Source: Candidatus Krumholzibacteriota bacterium
GTDB taxonomy: Bacteria; Krumholzibacteriota; Krumholzibacteriia; JAJRXK01
Reading direction: 5' to 3'
Length of the DNA stretch: 64,000 bases
NCBI GenBank assembly: GCA_963727455.1
Contig: CAVSGG010000008.1
Span: 256,001-320,000 of the forward strand
A program made the translations under genes and the position numbers. The notes beneath the pieces are model-generated. The model was given only the letters and a program-made list of their open reading frames with translations. It was not told the DNA's origin and made no database searches. This document shows, piece after piece, positions 59,824 through 64,000 of the stretch; within the stretch, counting starts at the first letter, position 1, and each line of letters starts with the position of its first letter.

Positions 59824-61347
59824 TCAGGATCGTGAAGGCAGCAGCGATCCCATCTCGACTTCGGGGTAGAGTTCGCCGAAAGACTTGATCTCCCTGCTGC
59901 CGATCCGCTTGTAGACGCGGCTGCGGCCCAGCTGCTCCAGATCGTCGACGCCGGCGGCCGCCACCAGATCCAGGAACTCGTTCACCACCGCGTGGTGGTA
60001 GTTCTTCACCCGAACCCACTTGTCTTGCACTACGAGCCCGCGTCGCAGATGCGGGTCGTTGGTGGCCACACCGCTGGGACAGCGGTTGGTATGGCACTTG
60101 AGAGCCTGGATACACCCGAGCGCCAGCATCATTCCCCGGGCCGCGTTGCAGACATCCGCCCCCAGACACATCGCGCGGAAGAGATCGAAGGCGGTGAGGA
60201 TCTTGGTCGCCACGATGACCCTGATGTCCTTCTTCAAATCGTAGCCGCGCAGGAGATCGCACACACAAATCAGGCCTTCCTCTAGCGGCATCCCCACGTA
60301 GTTGGAGAAGTCGATGGGCGCAGCGCCGGTGCCGCCCTCCGCCCCATCCACGGTGATGAAGTCGGGTTTGATTCCGCTGGCGATCATTTCCTCGCAGATC
60401 TCACGAAACTCGGCGCGGCTTCCCACGCAGAGTTTGAAGCCCACTGGCTTCCCTTGCCCCGCCTCGCGCAGCCGTCCCACGAACTCGAGCAGCCCGCGAG
60501 CATCGCGAAACGCCGTGTGCCCCGGGGGACTGATGACGATGGTGTGCGGCTGTACACCGCGAATTTCGGCAATCTCGCGATTGTTCTTGGCGGCCGGGAG
60601 CACGCCGCCGTGTCCGGGTTTGGCCCCCTGGGAGAGCTTGATCTCGATCATTTTCACTTCGGGACGCGCCGCCTGCTCGCGAAAACGGTCCAGCGAGAAG
60701 CTGCCGTCCGGGTTGCGGCAGCCGAAATAGCCGGTGCCGATTTCGTACACCAAATCGCCGCCCTGCAGATGATAGGGAGAGATCCCTCCCTCCCCGGTAT
60801 CGTGGAAGAACTGTCCTTCCCGAGCTGCCAGATTGAGCGCGGTGACGGCATTGGAGCTCAGGGCGCCGAAACTCATGGCGGAGATGTTGAACACGCTGGC
60901 GGAATAGGGCTTCTCGCAGTCTGGTCCGCCAATTTTGACCCGGGGCGCCTCGCTCATGCGCGCAGAGGGATAGATCGAGTGGTGCATCCACTCGTAACCC
61001 GAACGGTAGACATCGAGCTCGGTGCCGAAGGGGTGATTCTGCTGCACCCGCTTGGCCCGCTCGTAGACGTAGGCGCGGTGGTTGCGGTCGATGGGACGCC
61101 CGTCGGTCCCGTCCTCCACGAAGTACTGATGCAACTCGGGGCCGATTGACTCCAGCAGGTAGCGAAAATGTCCGAGGAAGGGGAAATTGCGCAGTATGGT
61201 GTGCTTTTCCTGGAAGACGTCGTACAGACCGATCAAGATGGCGGGGCCCAGGAGTATCAGACTGTAGAGGATCGGCGGCCACAGGAAGGCAAGCCCCGCC
61301 ACAGACGCCAGTACGGCCAGGCTTCCGAGCAGGAACGGGATCTTCAT
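59824..61347 (-). CDS. Stand-alone FMN-binding glutamate synthase family protein with an N-terminal TM region
   Basis: ISAMSFGALS, DTGEGG, EIKLSQGAKPGHGG, DGAEGGTGAAP, CIQALKCHTNRCP. Confidence 0.92.
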   Translation of the reverse strand: MKIPFLLGSLAVLASVAGLAFLWPPILYSLILLGPAILIGLYDVFQEKHTILRNFPFLGHFRYLLESIGPELHQYFVEDGTDGRPIDRNHRAYVYERAKRVQQNHPFGTELDVYRSGYEWMHHSIYPSARMSEAPRVKIGGPDCEKPYSASVFNISAMSFGALSSNAVTALNLAAREGQFFHDTGEGGISPYHLQGGDLVYEIGTGYFGCRNPDGSFSLDRFREQAARPEVKMIEIKLSQGAKPGHGGVLPAAKNNREIAEIRGVQPHTIVISPPGHTAFRDARGLLEFVGRLREAGQGKPVGFKLCVGSRAEFREICEEMIASGIKPDFITVDGAEGGTGAAPIDFSNYVGMPLEEGLICVCDLLRGYDLKKDIRVIVATKILTAFDLFRAMCLGADVCNAARGMMLALGCIQALKCHTNRCPSGVATNDPHLRRGLVVQDKWVRVKNYHHAVVNEFLDLVAAAGVDDLEQLGRSRVYKRIGSREIKSFGELYPEVEMGSLLPSRS

Positions 61348-61473
61348 GAGCTCAACTCCTCAGAACTTCGTCGAGACAAGCGTCGCTTCGAGTCGGGGCC
61401 GGGCATCGTGGGGACGAGGGTACGCGCCTATGGGAATCCCTAGGCTCGCGGATCAGGATAGGGGAACTTCTCG

Positions 61474-62280
61474 ATGAAAACACCTCATGAGTCTACTCGA
61501 GTTCGCCTCGAGGGTTTGCTTCTCGACCTGGACGGGGTGTGCTGGGTCGCAGAAGCCGCGATCGAAGGCGCTGCCCTGGTGATCGAAGAGCTCAAGGCTT
61601 CAGGCCTTCCGCTGCGCTTCGTCACCAATACCACCAGGCGCTCGCGGCACGCGCTGGCAGAGAAGGCGCGGCGTCTCGACCTGCCGATCGAAGCGGAGCA
61701 GATCCTCACCGCTCCGCAAGCCGCGCTGGCCTGGCTGCGCGCGCGGGGGCTCCCCCGCTGCCGGTTGCTGGTGGATCCCTGCCTCTTGGAGGAGCTCTCC
61801 GAGCTGCCGCGCGACGATACCCACCCGGAGATCATTCTGCTGGGCGACCGTGAGGAGGAATGGAGCGAGGAACTGCTGCAGTCGCTCTTCGACCAGCTCA
61901 TGGCGGGTGCGGAGCTGGTGGCGCTGCACAAGGGGCGCTACTGGCAGACCGCGGACCGCCTGCGTTTGGATCTCGGGGTATACGTGGCGGGACTCGAGTA
62001 TGCCACCGGCAAGAGCGCGCACGTGATGGGCAAGCCCTCCTGCGAGTTCTTCGCGCAGGCTGCCGCGGCCCTGCAACTCACCGGAACCTCGCTCGAGCGC
62101 ATCGCCATGGTGGGAGATGACGTGCTCAGCGACGTGGGTGGCGCGCAGGACTGTGGGCTGCGCGGGGTGCTGGTGCGCACCGGAAAGTACCGCGCGGACG
62201 CGGTGGCGCGCAGTGGAGTGAAGCCCGACTTCGTGCTCGATTCGATCGCCGATGTGCCCGGATTGCTCGGGCTCGGCTGA
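61474..62280 (+). CDS. HAD subfamily IIA hydrolase (LHPP/HDHD2-like)
   Basis: LLDLDGV, VTNTT, GKPS..FF, MVGDDV.SDV.GA, VRTGKY. Confidence 0.9.
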   Translation: MKTPHESTRVRLEGLLLDLDGVCWVAEAAIEGAALVIEELKASGLPLRFVTNTTRRSRHALAEKARRLDLPIEAEQILTAPQAALAWLRARGLPRCRLLVDPCLLEELSELPRDDTHPEIILLGDREEEWSEELLQSLFDQLMAGAELVALHKGRYWQTADRLRLDLGVYVAGLEYATGKSAHVMGKPSCEFFAQAAAALQLTGTSLERIAMVGDDVLSDVGGAQDCGLRGVLVRTGKYRADAVARSGVKPDFVLDSIADVPGLLGLG

Positions 62281-62286
62281 GCGAGG

Positions 62287-64000
62287 CTACTTTACCAGCA
62301 CCGCAGCGCGAGTTTGGGTCCCGCCGGCCGTCGACAGCAACACCCGGTACACCCCGCTGGCGAGTCTCGCGCCGTTCTCATCCCTGCCGTCCCAGCGCAG
62401 TTCGTGTGGCCCCGCCGTGAGCTGGCCCTCGAAGAGGCGCTTCAGCATCCGCCCGCGCGCGTCGTAGATCTCCACCTCGACATGTCCCGCTTGCGCCAGT
62501 TCGAAGGAAACCGTGGTGCGCGGATTGAAGGGATTCGGGTGCAGCGGATGCAGCAGCGTGACCCGCTTTGCCGGCGCCGAGGTCGCAACGCAGCTGCCGC
62601 GCGGGATTCCCCGGCCCGTCTCATCGAAGGCGCGCACGGAGCTCAGCGCGTACGCTTCCTCCCCACTGCTCACGAAGAAGCCGGGGTCGATGTGCACGGT
62701 TCCCGTGCTGGCCGCCGCCCACGCGATGTGCAAGAGGCCTGGCTCCTTCAGTGACCAACTGAGCTTTCCGTGATCCGCGCTCACGAAGGCCACGTCCTGG
62801 TGGGTAGGATCGAAACTGAGTTCCAGCTCGGCCCCGGCCGCGCCCTCGATCACGATCGAATCGTAGTCGTCCAGAGGATCCGGGTACGCGCAGGCCTCGG
62901 TTCCGGTCGCGCCCGCAGTGAGGCCCGCGATCATGCGGTTGAAGAGCACTCCATCGCCGGCATCGGCTTCCCCGTTCTCGTTCAGATCGGCCCGGCAATG
63001 CGTCATGTCGTCGGCCTCAAGGCTGCCGCTGGCCAGCGCCAGGGCCGCATCGCGGTCGATCTCATCGACGACATCGTCGTCGTAGACGTCTCCCTTTTCG
63101 CAGCCGATGCGGATCCAGGCGGGGCCTTCCCTGGCAAGCAAGGTGCCGTCCCAACCCCAATCACCTGAATTTACCCATTGCGCCGCGAAGTCGGTCTCGG
63201 GAGAAAAAGCGGCCGGGGAGTCTCCCAGACGATAGTCCACCTCGAAAATGCGAGTGTCGTTGTGGATTCCCTGTCCCCCCCCGACAAGCACTTCGAGGTG
63301 GCCTGGTTCATCTTGCACGACGCTCAGCTGCATGCCATTCGCCTCGGCTTGCGGACTGAGACGGACGGATTCCACCGTCGCCAGACTGCTGTCCCAGTCC
63401 AGGTACGCGCGGACGGAGTCATACGGAGTGCAATACTGGACAAACTGGGGGACCTGTACACAGTACTCCGCGTCGAAATCGTTCAGTTTGTCGCGTGCGA
63501 TCCCGAAGGTCTTGCGATCTGTGCTGCAGCTTTCGCCCCACAGGTGCAGAGAGAAGGGAACGGTCAACAACTCCCCTGGATCGGCGCCATGATCGGTCGC
63601 CATCAGGGCGTACTCTTGCCAGCCCATGAGGATGACACAGTAGAAATCGTCAGTTCGTTGGGCCCTTTGGCGATCGTAGGGCAGGTTCCAGGCCGCTGGA
63701 AGTAGCGGAGCATCGTCACAGCTCTGGGTCTGCACGTAGTCGCCGTCGTAAGGGAGCAGGACCAAATCGTCATAGAACCCGAGATCTGGCGACAAATCCG
63801 CGAAGAAAACGGTCATCAAAAGCACCGGCTTGTCGCTCTGCAGGCAGCCCTCCGTATTCAGGAGATCGAAATACCCCTCCTCGGCTCTTCCACCACTGCT
63901 CATCGAACCCCTGCGCATACTGAGATCTCGGTCGAAGAGCGCGTCAAGTTCCGGCCGGTGGGTATTCCCCACCATAGAACCCATCCAGATTCTCGACGCG
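62287..64000 (-). CDS. Secreted protein with cohesin-like and dockerin-like modules and a FlgD-Ig C-terminal domain (5' end beyond the window)
   Basis: Frame open to the window edge; GDVYDDDVVDEID...ADLNENGEADAGD duplicated Ca-binding loops; PNPFNPRTTVSF...WDGRDENG.RLASGVY. Confidence 0.8.
   Translation of the reverse strand, partial: ASRIWMGSMVGNTHRPELDALFDRDLSMRRGSMSSGGRAEEGYFDLLNTEGCLQSDKPVLLMTVFFADLSPDLGFYDDLVLLPYDGDYVQTQSCDDAPLLPAAWNLPYDRQRAQRTDDFYCVILMGWQEYALMATDHGADPGELLTVPFSLHLWGESCSTDRKTFGIARDKLNDFDAEYCVQVPQFVQYCTPYDSVRAYLDWDSSLATVESVRLSPQAEANGMQLSVVQDEPGHLEVLVGGGQGIHNDTRIFEVDYRLGDSPAAFSPETDFAAQWVNSGDWGWDGTLLAREGPAWIRIGCEKGDVYDDDVVDEIDRDAALALASGSLEADDMTHCRADLNENGEADAGDGVLFNRMIAGLTAGATGTEACAYPDPLDDYDSIVIEGAAGAELELSFDPTHQDVAFVSADHGKLSWSLKEPGLLHIAWAAASTGTVHIDPGFFVSSGEEAYALSSVRAFDETGRGIPRGSCVATSAPAKRVTLLHPLHPNPFNPRTTVSFELAQAGHVEVEIYDARGRMLKRLFEGQLTAGPHELRWDGRDENGARLASGVYRVLLSTAGGTQTRAAVLVK

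Overview
This is a GC-rich, densely packed 64 kb stretch of bacterial chromosome. I recognised no rRNA, tRNA, CRISPR array, transposase or integrase. Three secreted proteins ending in a 'PNPFNP...WDGRD..G..L.SGVY' FlgD-Ig/T9SS-like sorting domain suggest an FCB-group lineage such as Krumholzibacteriota, Eisenbacteria or Latescibacterota (inference). Contents in order: the end of a polysaccharide cluster (O-antigen-ligase-like gene, two GT4s, an acyltransferase); an acyl-CoA catabolic cluster; lysine dehydrogenase-like, M61 peptidase and mutAB-meaB genes; aminopeptidase P; a Nudix-MBL fusion; large secreted multidomain proteins; a System I* cytochrome c maturation operon (CxxxY CcmE, no CcmG/H, two uncharacterised inserted genes, and a ccmD missing from the ORF track); mqnD; a five-gene RimB-like protease / RimK-RCK_C / M14 deacylase / PP2C / atypical kinase operon; a hexaheme lipoprotein cytochrome; pyk, clcB and pstSCAB with a Pho-box-like repeat. 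The best candidate for an undescribed system is the tightly coupled operon at 46198-51879: lysine 2,3-aminomutase, two Ddl-like ATP-grasp ligases, a GNAT-HDAC fusion and a GNAT. It is predicted to make a reversibly acetylated beta-lysine-containing peptide or protein tag. All calls rest on motif reading only, with no database searches.
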